A stretch of DNA of 62,291 nt, filler included, from Squatina squatina (Eukaryota), in the NCBI GenBank assembly GCA_031763465.1. It is 4 parts of 4 records of this genome, joined end to end, with 100 filler letters (N's around TTAATTAATTAA, not from the genome) between each part and the next. Parts side by side here need not be neighbours in the genome. Positions count along the whole stretch, not along the records: positions 34,768 to 49,962 come from JARFOE010000168.1; 3 more parts are not named here. The stretch is one strand, 5' to 3'. The notes beneath the pieces were generated by a model. That model ran no database searches and was not told where the DNA came from. It saw only the letters and a program-made list of their open reading frames with translations. Positions 39,085 through 50,062 of the stretch are shown here, piece by piece. The translations under genes and the position numbers were made by a program. Positions within the stretch are counted from its first letter, which is position 1; each line of letters begins with the position of its first letter.

Positions 39085-41235
39085 TCCGTGCAACAGAGCC
39101 TGGTCTCCAATCGTCTAGGTCCTCCTTGCCATTGGATCAAGACTTTGCTTGGCTGAAACCGTGTGGTAGCCGGTGTGCAACGGAATGTCAGGACCTTATG
39201 GACAACCCCCACAGCGACAGACCCGAACGGCGCACCGCCATCATCACTCGGGAACTCAGGCGATATGACATCAAAATCGCTGCCCTGAGTGAGACATGAT
39301 GAGCAGAAGAAGGCCTGCTCAAGGAGCTAGGCGGCAGCTACACCTTGTTCTGGAAAGGCAAACGAGAGAAAGAACGCCGTCTCCACAGGGTCGGCTTCGC
39401 CATAAAAAATCATCTAGTTTTGTGCCTCAGCGACTCCCCCTGCAGGATAAACGAGAGCCTCATGAAGCTCCGACTCTCCATAACCCAGATCCAGCACACC
39501 ATGGTCATCAGTGCATACGCCACAACTCTAAAAGCAACAGAGGAGACCAAAGAGGACTCCTACTCCACCCTCGAGCAATCCCTATCCCATGTCCCAAAGA
39601 GAGACAAGCTGATCCTCCTGGGCGATTTCAATGCCAGAGTTGGGAAGGATGTAAACCTCTGGACGGGCACGATCAGCAGGGAAGGAGTGGGAAAGCAAAC
39701 TCCAATGGAGTCCTCCTCCTAACAAAGTGTCTGGAACATGGCCTTGTTATAACCAACAGCCTATTCCGCTGGAAAGACAAGGACAAGACCTCATGGCAAC
39801 AACCTCGCCCCAGGCACTGACACCTAGTGGACTGCGTCATCGTTCGAGCAAGGGACCGCAAGGATGTCCGCATCACACGCGCCATGACAGGGGCCGACGA
39901 CTGCTGGACTGACCAGTTAATCGGCTCTATCATTTCCGTCAAACCAGCCCAAAAATGACAGCGGAAGCAGAAAAAATGCCGCAGGAAGATCAGCATTGAA
40001 GAGCTCAAAGATCCTGCGAAGAAGCCCTACTCAGCCAACGCCTCACAACAAAGCTGGCCACGCTCAATCAATCAGAACCACAGAGTGTCCAGACTGTGTG
40101 GTCCACCCTCAAGTCCAGAATCACCAGCACCTGCGAGGAGAATCTTGCTCTCTCTACCAGGAAACATCAAGACTGGTTTGATGAGAAAGACCAGGAAATT
40201 CATAAGCTGCTAAACCGCAAACGTAAGGCATTCCTGAACTGGAGTCAGCACCAAAGTTCGAGGGAAAGTAAACAGGTCCACAGACAAACGAAGGCCGAGG
40301 TCCAACATAAAACTCAGGACCGAAAGAATAGATGGTAGGTTGAAAGAGCGCAGGAGATCTAACAAATCGCCGACAACAATGACATGAATGGATTCTTCAG
40401 CGCAGTCAAGATCATCTGTGGCCCAAACACCCAAGGACCTACCCCGCTGAGAGCTAAAAATTAAGACGTGCTCATTAAGGACAGAGGGTCAGTCAGCGCC
40501 TGCTGGAAGGAGCACTTCAAAGAATTCCTCAACCAAGATTCGGTCCTCGACGCCCAAGCCTGGATTCCATCCCATAACATCCTACCCGCCACCACCTCAG
40601 CACAACCCCTGCCCTACACGAGGTTGTAAAGGCCATCAGCTAAATAACAACAAGGCCTCTGGCATAGATGGAATCCCTGCCGAAATACTAAAATATGGTG
40701 GTGAGCTACTCATGGCACGAATCCATGGCCACATCTCCCTCATTTGGCAGGAGATCTCAGAGATCTCATAATCATGGACATTCTCAAGAAAGGAGACAAG
40801 TCTGATTGTGGAAACTACAGAGGGGTCTCCCTGCTGTCCGTCACAGGGAAGGTCATCGGGATGGCCTCCTCAATTGTCTCCTGCCAGTGGCTGAAGAGCT
40901 GCTCCCCGAGTCACAATGTGGTTTCTGTCCATCTAGGGGTACAACGGACATGATTTTCAGCACACGCCAAATCCAAGAAAAGTGCAGGGAGCAGCATTGA
41001 CCTCTGTACATGGCCTTCTTTGACCTTACGAAGATGGCCAAGCGCAGGCAGTGGAAGGAATGCACAGAAACACGAGCTTCCCATCCACTCACCCCATCAA
41101 ATACCACCTGCCCCACCTGCGGTCATGTTTGCGAATCCCGCATCGGACTTTTCAGCCACCTCAGAACCCACAACCCTGGAATGGAAGCAATTCATCTCGA
41201 ACTCAAGGGACTGCCTAAGAAGAGAAGAAGAGTTA
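39085..41235 (+). mobile_element. RTE-clade (BovB/RTE-1-like) non-LTR retrotransposon, pseudogenised and internally deleted
   Basis: APE motifs RPERRTA..IAALSET, FWKG..VGFAIK, ISAYA, LILLGDFNARVG; RT start NYRGVSLLS, LPESQCGF, MAFFDLTK; jumps at about 41030 to the C-terminal C2H2 finger CPTCGHVC..LFSHLRTH; GAA-type tail; many stops and frameshifts. GC-rich 38680-39085 may be its 5' UTR. Confidence 0.9.
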
Positions 41236-41244
41236 CGTTAGTAT

Positions 41245-41582
41245 TCTCCTTCCCTTAAGCCAGAGACTGATGCTTAGATCCAGTTCCACAGCTGCCAGAG
41301 TGCACGGTGCACAGTCCAGGTAGACTTTCTGCATCTGTCCATGTACAAATGGGATGTTTAACCATGGAGCGCAGCACCCCTGAACCCAATTCTGTCCTCA
41401 ATCAAACCTTAAAAGAGGGAGTCACCGGGTACAGATTCAGAGCGAGAGCATTACTTATTTTCCCACTCCTTGAGCCAAGCACCTGTTGGAGATTTTTTAA
41501 TCGAACTCAGACCAGAACCAGGATCTAGGACTTCAGCCTTTCTGTGTCACACCACATTGTTCCAACCAAGCACTGAGCCATT
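41245..41582 (-). mobile_element. Second, older SINE-like family
   Basis: Degenerate similarity to 49275-49612, 61410-61795 and about 31100-31330; A-box-like TGGCTCAGTG head on the minus strand. Confidence 0.45.
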
Positions 41583-41744
41583 ACGGTAGTTGCTATTTGT
41601 ACGTTCAAAGATTGAAAGACCAATATAGTCGGAGGGAATGATCGACATTCCATCGTTCAGATTCTGATCTGCAGCGAAGACTAACTGAGCAATTTCAGCC
41701 TCGGGAGCAACTGGGTTAATAGGGGTGGCAACAGCAACTCTTGC

Positions 41745-42115
41745 GGGTGTTTTTGTGTGCACGGGCGACTGTGGAGTATGAGCGTGTACATAACTCTTGA
41801 GTGTGAGTCTGCAAGTGTGAGTGTGTATACAAGTGTGTACATGAGTGTCCATTTTTGAGTGCATATGTTCACAGGTATGAGTTTGTGCGTGAGAGAGAGC
41901 GGGTGGTTGGGTGTGTGTGTCTGTGTGTGTGTGTGTGGCTGTGCGTGTGTGGCCATGCCTCTGTGTCTCTATGTGTGGCTTTGTGTCTGTAAATTTGTCA
42001 CTTTGTACGCGAGTGTGTGTGTGTTTTTGTCTGTCTCTGAGCGTTTCTGTGATTCTCCACATGTCTCTGAGTTTGAGGCTATCTCTGTGTGTCTCTGTGT
42101 GAGTGTGTGTGTAGA
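41745..42115. repeat. (TG)n-rich degenerate microsatellite
   Basis: Read directly. Confidence 0.85.
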
Positions 42116-42267
42116 TGTGTAACTGCTGGTGACTCCTCAGTCACACAGAACGGTCGCTTACTGTTGGTAACATAGTTACTGTGAAAGTCACTTTGTAAAA
42201 TCCACAGTCTCCCGTCGCTATTAATTTGTTTATTTTTGGAGAGGTGTGAAAGTATCTGTACACTCAC

Positions 42268-42548
42268 GTTCCACAGTGATGGTTATGGTTCTCTTCACCG
42301 CTCCATGTTCATTCTCCGCCACACACTGATAGGCTCCAGCGATCCTGGATCAAACATGAGGAAACTCCAACCACAGCTCATTGTTGGAACTTGTTCTGTT
42401 CATTTTGACACCAAGATGCCGCCACATTATGTTGGTTGCTGGGAAGCTCTCAACAGAGCAGAATATCACTGTAGAAATTCCTTCTGTTATAACGATCGAT
42501 GAATCTTTAATTGTAGTCAGAAAGTAATGCAGAGATTCCGTGGTGCGT
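42268..42548 (-). pseudogene. Pseudogenised Ig C2-type exon of a Siglec/CD22/sialoadhesin-like gene
   Basis: Acceptor TTTTTTTTGGTTTTAG and donor GTGAGT, phase 1-1, 281 bp. Reads xAPRNLCIT/(1-nt shift)/LTTIKDSSIVITEGISTVIFCSVESFPATNIMWRHLGVKMNRTSSNNELWLEFPHV*SRIAGAYQCVAENEHGAVKRTITITVE, with the canonical C..W..GxYxC pattern; in-frame TGA at 42350-42352. Confidence 0.85.
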
Positions 42549-42754
42549 CTAAAACCAAAAAAAAGATCAGTTAACATACATTGGATGTGAAGCACTTTGG
42601 GAGATCATGAGAAGAGGACAGGTGAGATATCAATGCAAGTTCCTTCATCACAAAGCATGTAAACCAGGCTATCGCTTTAGTGGAGTACAGAGGGAGCGCT
42701 GCATTGTCAGAGGGGCAGAACTGAGTGAGTGCTGCTCTGTCGGACGGCAGTGTC

Positions 42755-42904
42755 CCAGGCCAAAGCATCTCCAGCAGCTTCATCGATGACCTTCCCTCCA
42801 TCATAAGGTCAGAAGTGGGTATGTTCTCTGATGACTGCACAGTGTTCAGTGCCATTGGCAACTCCTCAGATAATGAAGCAGTCCATGCCCGCATGCAGCA
42901 AGAC
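42755..42904 (+). mobile_element. CR1/L2-type RT fragment
   Basis: FIDDLPSIIRSEVGMFSDDCTVF (YADD-box region). Confidence 0.75.
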
Positions 42905-44541
42905 NNNNNNNNNNNNNNNNNNNNNNNNNNNNNNNNNNNNNNNNNNNNNNNNNNNNNNNNNNNNNNNNNNNNNNNNNNNNNNNNNNNNNNNNNNNNNNNN
43001 NNNNAATTCAGAAACCTTCCACCCCTTTAATGTTGACTTCTCCTTCTGGATGTCCCATGCAGCATTGGCTGTATTTCTCCCATTGGCTATGGAGGGCTCC
43101 CTCTTTGTGACCGGGATCCCATCAGGATCCCATCCTGAATAACTAATGAACCCTGATCCAGGGAAATGGATCGGGGTCATGGTAAGGATTAGTGGGGTAT
43201 TCCACGCCAACTCCCCTCTCGGGTGTGAGCCCACACTAGAGGAAAATCCTACTCTTCATCANNNNNNNNNNACTGGGTAAAAGGTACCTGAGTACTCTCC
43301 CAACTAAAGGAAGCCCAGTGAGGCTCGATGGGGAAAATATACAACCGTTCAATACCTCCTTCTTTCAGGTTCACACAATAAATGTGAAGATATATTACTT
43401 GAGTTATCCCATTATTTCATGTGCACATCCCAGCCTTTAGTGTGATCTTGTTGGTTGAGTCTTCTTATTGGTGTGGGTGATAATTTTCTCACAGTTCTCA
43501 GCTAGCTGATTGCTCTCTGTACTGATAATATTTGCAGTGCTGATGCGAGAATCCTATTGGGTGGATGTTGCCTGATGATTTATAACTACATTCAGCAATT
43601 TATTACCATTTCAATTCTGATCTTTTTTCCCATCACCCATGACGGCCCTCAACCACTTCTTTAAACCAAGGCGATGGGGTAGCTTGTCAGTGCCATTCCA
43701 AGTGACTCCTGTGGTGCCAAAGCAGAATGCATACCATGGTGTACCATCCAGTAGCACATTGTCTTGTTACTGAGATCTGATAGGGCATTCCTGCAGAGTG
43801 GACACTCTGGGTGCAGCTACTGATGCAGGCGTTCACCCCTATTATGTTAATACCCCAACGGATATAGTACAGGTTCATGCCAGGGTTGGAAGTTTCATCC
43901 CACTGCACTTATAGCTGTGCCATTTCACCAGGGGAATTTCTATCTTTCTGTCCTTAAGTGTGGAGAAGCACTTTTGGTTAAAAGCATTCCACGTCATCTC
44001 AAATTTCACATATAATGATAAAGTAGAAAATAGTGTCACCAAATAAAACAGCCTCCCCAAATTTGACCTCTGATAAACAAACTCTTGAGATTCAAATTTA
44101 GCGGAGACACAAAGCGGGCAGCAACTGATGGGTCCCCATTATATGCCCTGCCTGATTTTCCTCTTCACTGACTGCAAGGAAAACCAGGAAGGAGCAGTCC
44201 ATCCGTTCCCACCTGTTTTACTCCCCGACTTGTGTTGAGTTTTACCTCCTTTATTTCCAAATTGTTGTTGGGTCAACATCTCTCAATAGCATCTGCTGAG
44301 GTGGCCAACAGAACCTCAGGATAATATTTCATGTCGGATATTAATGGGAAGCCACCAGCAAAAGTTGACAATCTACATCCCCAACCCTCCTAATGCTGGA
44401 TTCCCTTCAAGTCCCCTTTGGAATCTCCCTTCCTACTTCTCATTGCCCCAGTTGGCCAGAATAAAATATAAAACTATTGAAACATGTCTACGAATTGTCA
44501 TCATTAGCTGCTTTTAACCAAGGCTCTCTTTCCCTTTTCAG

Positions 44542-45354
44542 AGTTGGGTTAATGCTCAGCACCCAGATGCATTGTATAAAGTCAATGAGAAAAGTGCGAT
44601 GGTCCTGGAGAAGGGGGACGTTGTGCAGGTATACGACGGACCTGTTGCTCTTGAGAAAGCATTGATGACTGGATTGAAACCATGGGACAAACAGTCTGAG
44701 ATTCATTCCTCGTGGCAGGCTCTGTGTGGCCCAAGTTCCTGCCTTTCATCACACTCTCGGGGCCAATTTGGTAACAACACCCAGCAGTGGAAGGATAAAT
44801 CCTATGGGCGGGTGTCTATCGACACGGTGACAGTAACCGACGAGGCTGCATCTTGTTGCTCCCAATGCAGTTGCAAATGCAAACCAACCAGACCACCCTA
44901 CTTGACCCAATGTAATAGTCATTCTGACAGAGACAATCCCAATGGGCAGGATTATCCCAGCAGAAAGCAACTGTTCAGTCATTTGCACCCAGTTACATCA
45001 GGAACCCCTCAGCATTGCCACAGCACCACACCACTGAACACCATGCTCTCCCTGTTACAATCCTCTGATGGCCAAGAGGGGACAAGTGGGACTGTGTTAG
45101 ACCTTCAGTGTCTCAACGTGGCTGACTGGGGACCAGAAAATGAATCTTTTCCTTTGAATGATGGTGAAGATGCCTCCTGGGATGACAGACATGTGGGTGA
45201 AAGTGGTTCTTGGAGTGATGGAAGTCTCGATACCATCTCCTCGTGCAGTAGGCTGGAAGCAGACCCTGGTTACCCAAAGATATCACTAGATTTGGATACT
45301 GTTGACAGTGGATTCACTGAGACTGACACCGATTCTATGACAGGCACTGACTGA
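44542..45354 (+). CDS. IL21R: Terminal (cytoplasmic) exon of an interleukin-21 receptor-like class I cytokine receptor, 270 aa plus stop
   Basis: Acceptor CTCTCTTTCCCTTTTCAG|AGT TGG GTT (SWV; human last exon starts KWV, phase 0); box2-like VVQVY; KSYGRVSIDTVTVTD (human RPYGLVSIDTVTVLD); LDLDTVDSGF (human LDMDTFDSGF); linked to KDM8 as at human 16p12.1. Confidence 0.85.
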   Translation, partial: SWVNAQHPDALYKVNEKSAMVLEKGDVVQVYDGPVALEKALMTGLKPWDKQSEIHSSWQALCGPSSCLSSHSRGQFGNNTQQWKDKSYGRVSIDTVTVTDEAASCCSQCSCKCKPTRPPYLTQCNSHSDRDNPNGQDYPSRKQLFSHLHPVTSGTPQHCHSTTPLNTMLSLLQSSDGQEGTSGTVLDLQCLNVADWGPENESFPLNDGEDASWDDRHVGESGSWSDGSLDTISSCSRLEADPGYPKISLDLDTVDSGFTETDTDSMTGTD

Positions 45355-48203
45355 GACTGACAGAAACTGTCTGACACCGACACACTGACAGAAACTGTCA
45401 GACACCGACACACTGACAGACACTGACTGACACTGACGCACTGACAGAAACTGACTGACATTGATGCACTGACAGAAACTGACTGACAATGACGCACTGA
45501 CAGAAACTGATTGACACCGACACACTGACAGAAACTAACTGACACCAAAAGACTGACAGACATTGACTGACACTGACGCACTGACAGAAACTGACTGACA
45601 CCAACACACTGAGAGAAACTGTCAGACACCGACACACTGACAGACACTGACTGACACCGACGTACTGACAGAAACTGACTGACACAGACACACTGACAGA
45701 AACTGACTGACACCGACACACTGACTGACGCTTCCTGACACTGACAGCGACTCACAGACCCTGACTGACACTGACTGACATGGCAGACACTGACTGACAC
45801 CCACACACTGACAGACAGTGACTGACACCGACACACTGACAGACACTGAGTCACACTGACACACTGACAGACACTGACTGATACCGACACACTGGCAGAC
45901 ACTGACACACTGACAGAAACCGACTGACACCCACACACTGACTGACACTGACACACTGACAGAATCAGACTGACACTGACAGACAGTGACTGACACCGAC
46001 ACACTGACAGACACTGAGTAACACCGATACACTGACAGACACTGACTGTCACCGATACACTCACAGAAACTGACTGACACCGACACACTGACTGAATCTG
46101 ACTGACACCGACACACTGACAGACGCTGACTGACACTGACACACTGACAGACACGCACTGACACCGACACACTGACAGACACTGAGTAACACTGACACAC
46201 TGACAGAATCTGACTGACACCGACACACTGGCAGTAACCGACTGACACCTACACACTGACTGACACCAACACACTGAGAGAAACTGTCAGACACCGACAC
46301 ACTGACAGACACTGACTGACACCGATGTACTGACAGAAACTGACTGACACAGACACACTGACAGAAACTGACTGACACCGACACACTGACTGACACTGCC
46401 TGACACTGACAGCCACTCACAGACCCTGACTGACACTGACTGACATGGCAGACACTGACTGACACCGACACACTGGCAGAAACTGACTGACACCGACACA
46501 CTGACTGAATCTGACTGAAACCGACACACTGACAGACGCTGACTGACACTGACACACTGACAGACACGCACTGATACCGACACACTGACTGACACTGACA
46601 CACTGACAGAGTCTGACTGACACCGACACACTGGCAGTAACCGACTGACACCCACACACTGACTGACACCGACACACTGACAGAAACTGACTGATACCAA
46701 CACATTGACTGACACCGGCACACTGACAGAAACTGACTGACACTGACTGACTCCGACACACTGACAGAAACTGTCTGACACCGATACACTGACAGACACT
46801 GACTGACACTGACACACTGACAGAAACTGAAAGACGCTGACGCACTGACAGACACTGACTGACACTGACACACTGACAGACACTGACTGACACTGACGCA
46901 CTGACAGAAACTGACTGACACGGACACACTGACAGAAACTGACTGACACTGACACACTGACAGAAACTGACTGACACGGACACACTGACAGAGACTGACT
47001 GACATCGACACACTGACAGAAACTGACTGACACCGACACACTGATAGAAACTGACTGACACCGACACACTGACTGAAACTGACTGACACCCACACACTGA
47101 CAGACACTGCCTGACACTGACAGCCACTCACAAGCACTGACTGACATGGCAGACACTTACTGACACCAAAACACTGACAGACACTGACTGACACCGACAC
47201 ACTGACAGACACTGAATGTCACCGATATACTCACAGAAACTGACTGACACCGACACACTGACAGAAACTGACTGACACCGACACACTGGCAGAAACTGAC
47301 TGACACCAACACACTGATAGAAGCTGACTGACACCGCCACACTGACAGACACTGACTGACACTGTCACACTGACAGACACTGACTGATACCGACACACTG
47401 TCAGACACTGACACACTGACGGAATCTGACTGACACCGACACACTGGCAGAAACCGACTGACACCCACACACTGACTGACACCGACACACTGACAGAAAT
47501 TGACTGATACCAACACATTGACTGACACCGACACACTGACAGAATCAGACTGACACTGACGCACTGACAGAAACTGACTGACACAGACACAGTGACAGAA
47601 ACTGACCGACACTAACACACTGACAGGCACTGACTGACACCGGCCCACTGACAGAAACTGACTGACACGGACAAACTGACAGAATCTGACTGACACCGAC
47701 ACACTGACAGAAAATGACTGAGCCCAACACACTGGCAGAAAGTGACTGACATCGACACACTGACAGACAATGACTGACACCGACACACTGACAGACACTG
47801 ACCAACACCATCACACTGGCAGAAACTGACTGACACCGACACACTGACTGAATCTGACTGGCACCGACACACTGACAGAAACTGACTGACACCGGCACAC
47901 TGACAGAAACTGACTGACACTGATTGACACCGACACACTGACAGAAACTGTCTGACACCGATACACTGACAGACACTGACTGACACCGACACACTGACAG
48001 AAACTGACAGACGCTGACACACTGACAGACACTGACTGACACTGACACACTGACAGAAACTGACTGACACTGATGCACTGACAGAAACTGACTGACACTG
48101 ACACACTGAGAGACACTGACTGACACTGACGCACTGACAGAAACTGATTGACACCGACACACTGACAGAAACTAACTGACACCAAAAGACTGACAGACAT
48201 TGA
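45345..48203. repeat. 28-bp (ACTG-based) minisatellite, about 100 degenerate units with higher-order structure
   Basis: Unit CACTGACAGAAACTGACTGACACCGACA; rare variants recur at offsets of 665 bp (45601/46266, 45781/46446) and 2637 bp (45490-45566 = 48127-48203). Confidence 0.95.
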
Positions 48204-49274
48204 NNNNNNNNNNNNNNNNNNNNNNNNNNNNNNNNNNNNNNNNNNNNNNNNNNNNNNNNNNNNNNNNNNNNNNNNNNNNNNNNNNNNNNNNNNNNNNNNN
48301 NNNAGGGCTACCAGGTTACCTGCCCTAAAGGATATTCGTGAACTAGTTGGGTTTTTGCTCGTCAATACCCGTTCACAAAGATGGCAGCCATTGCTGAGTA
48401 CTCACACTCTTGCCCAAGTCAGAAAGTTATGGGTTCAATCCCACTCGAGGTCATGAGCACACAATCCAGGCTGTTACTGCAGTGAAGAGAGTGCTGCAAT
48501 GCCAGAGGTGCAATAATGGTGAATGGCACTCGGAGAGTTTACAAACAGGAGAGAAGTGAAGCCTTTAATGTTGAGCGCAGGAGTCTTGCCCTCAACAGTG
48601 AAAGATGCAAATGAGCACTTGAGGTAGCATTTCCGAAAGGATTTCTGTTCTGCAGTGTGGCTGACAGCTCTGTTTTTCTACGCAGGTTGTGTTGGCCCGC
48701 GAGCAAACAACTGGTAAAGAATATGCGAGTAAGTAACAACTAATCTTCTAGTTTGGGTGGTAGTTTTGGGCTCTCCTCCATCATGGCTGACCCTTCACCT
48801 CTGGTCATCCTGGGCAAACTGCTTTGCCGTTTACCTTGGCTGTCTAGGTTTTTAAAACTCGCACTGAGACGTTATGGGATCAGTTGGCATCGAGGCACAG
48901 GATGTTGGGACGTGGCTTTGTCCACATTGCTGAGTTCTGGCTCTTGGCCACAGCAGAGGCCTGACTCTTTCCTTCCTCTGTGCTGCACCCTCCAACCTGA
49001 GAGAATGAGGGAAGGGCAGTCCTGCGCCACGCGCCCAAACTCTGACAAAAGGTTCAGAGCATTTACTGGAGCCAGCGCGCAAGTGTTGATGAATGGCCCT
49101 GGGTCACCATAGCAATGAGACAAATAGTGGGAGCATCAACCTCAAACTTATTATTTATTTCATTTTGCTGATGGGTACAGCTCGAGCCAAGGATTGCCCT
49201 GTCAGGAAAAGGTGCGAATGTTTCTGGTTCCCTGCTGTTTGTGCTGCCAAATTGAATGGAAAGTTGCCTCCCCT

Positions 49275-49612
49275 TGTGCTACTGAGCCAAACAGACCTCC
49301 TGGAGTTAGCAGGTCTCGGCTGGGCCAGGAGCCAGCCCGTTATCGAGGGCCTGGGGCTTTCCTGGTCTAGGGAGTGGAAATTCAGTTGTGTTCCCATTCC
49401 TTATCTCTGTCCCGCCCCTGTGAGTAATGTGTGTGGGATGTCGGGAGAAGATCAGATTGGGCTCAGCTTTGAGCTCCCCACGGTCGAGTAGGCAGCCAGC
49501 ACTCACTTTCTAGAATATCTCAAGGCAGTATTGGTGAGCTGGCACAAGGTTGGTGTTGCTGATGGAGCAGTGTACCGGTGAGAGTCGGCGCCTTTAGCAG
49601 AAAATTGGGGGA
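49275..49612 (+). mobile_element. Second, older SINE-like family
   Basis: GATGTCGGGAGAAGATCAGATTGGGCTCAGCT..GAGTCGGCGCCTT..AGAAAATTGG; parallels 61410-61795. Confidence 0.5.
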
Positions 49613-49651
49613 ATTTGTTTCTAAATATTGTAACNNNNNNNNNNCTTTCAG

Positions 49652-49789
49652 TTAAAATTCTGGAGAAGCGTCATATCATTAAGGAGAACAAGGTACCGTA
49701 CGTGACCCGAGAGAGGGATATCAGGTCTCGCCTGGATCACCCCTTCTTTGTAAAACTCTACTTCACTTTTCAGGATGATGAGAAGCTGT
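49652..49789 (+). CDS. PDPK1: PDPK1 (PDK1) kinase N-lobe exon, 138 bp, phase 1-1
   Basis: (I)KILEKRHIIKENKVPYVTRERDIRSRLDHPFFVKLYFTFQDDEKL(Y) is nearly identical to human PDK1 residues ~110-155; acceptor CTTTCAG ends at 49651. Confidence 0.95.
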
Positions 49790-49797
49790 GTATCCTT
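49790..49797 (+). promoter_or_regulatory. U12-type (minor spliceosome) 5' splice site GTATCCTT
   Basis: Exact RTATCCTT consensus at the point where PDK1 similarity ends (KL-T|GTATCCTTG). Confidence 0.85.
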
Positions 49798-49962
49798 GAT
49801 TTTTAATGAGTGCTCCAGTCTACTACCTTTCACTGCTTAAAAGAAAATGCAAGGGAGCCCTGCACTTGTTGCTTGTCCTGAAGACGATTGGCAGCTGTCA
49901 GCAGCACAGCCTTGCATACAAATCGAGGGTTTTTTCATCTTTACAGCCTGTGCATGTTACAG

Positions 49963-50062
49963 NNNNNNNNNNNNNNNNNNNNNNNNNNNNNNNNNNNNNN
50001 NNNNNNTTAATTAATTAANNNNNNNNNNNNNNNNNNNNNNNNNNNNNNNNNNNNNNNNNNNN
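49963..50062. other. Artificial scaffold linker 44N-TTAATTAATTAA-44N
   Basis: Third identical construct; 12-mer at 50007-50018. Confidence 0.95.

Noticed and set aside
43640-43685. Possible IL21R box1 exon (LNHFFKPRRW)
   Set aside because: FFKP is suggestive, but there is no PxP box1 motif and no convincing splice sites.
38424-48203. 26-bp and 28-bp repeats as CRISPR arrays
   Set aside because: Head-to-tail units with no unique spacers, no cas genes, vertebrate context.
45270-48365. Long Ser/Val/Cys/Gln-rich minus-strand ORFs (up to 383 aa)
   Set aside because: By-product of the ACTG repeat, which has few stop codons on the minus strand; overlapping frames give the same low-complexity peptide.
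36063-49789. KDM8-IL21R-PDPK1 fusion gene or compact cluster
   Set aside because: The exons are on separate contigs with gaps of unknown size, and the IL21R exon has its own stop.
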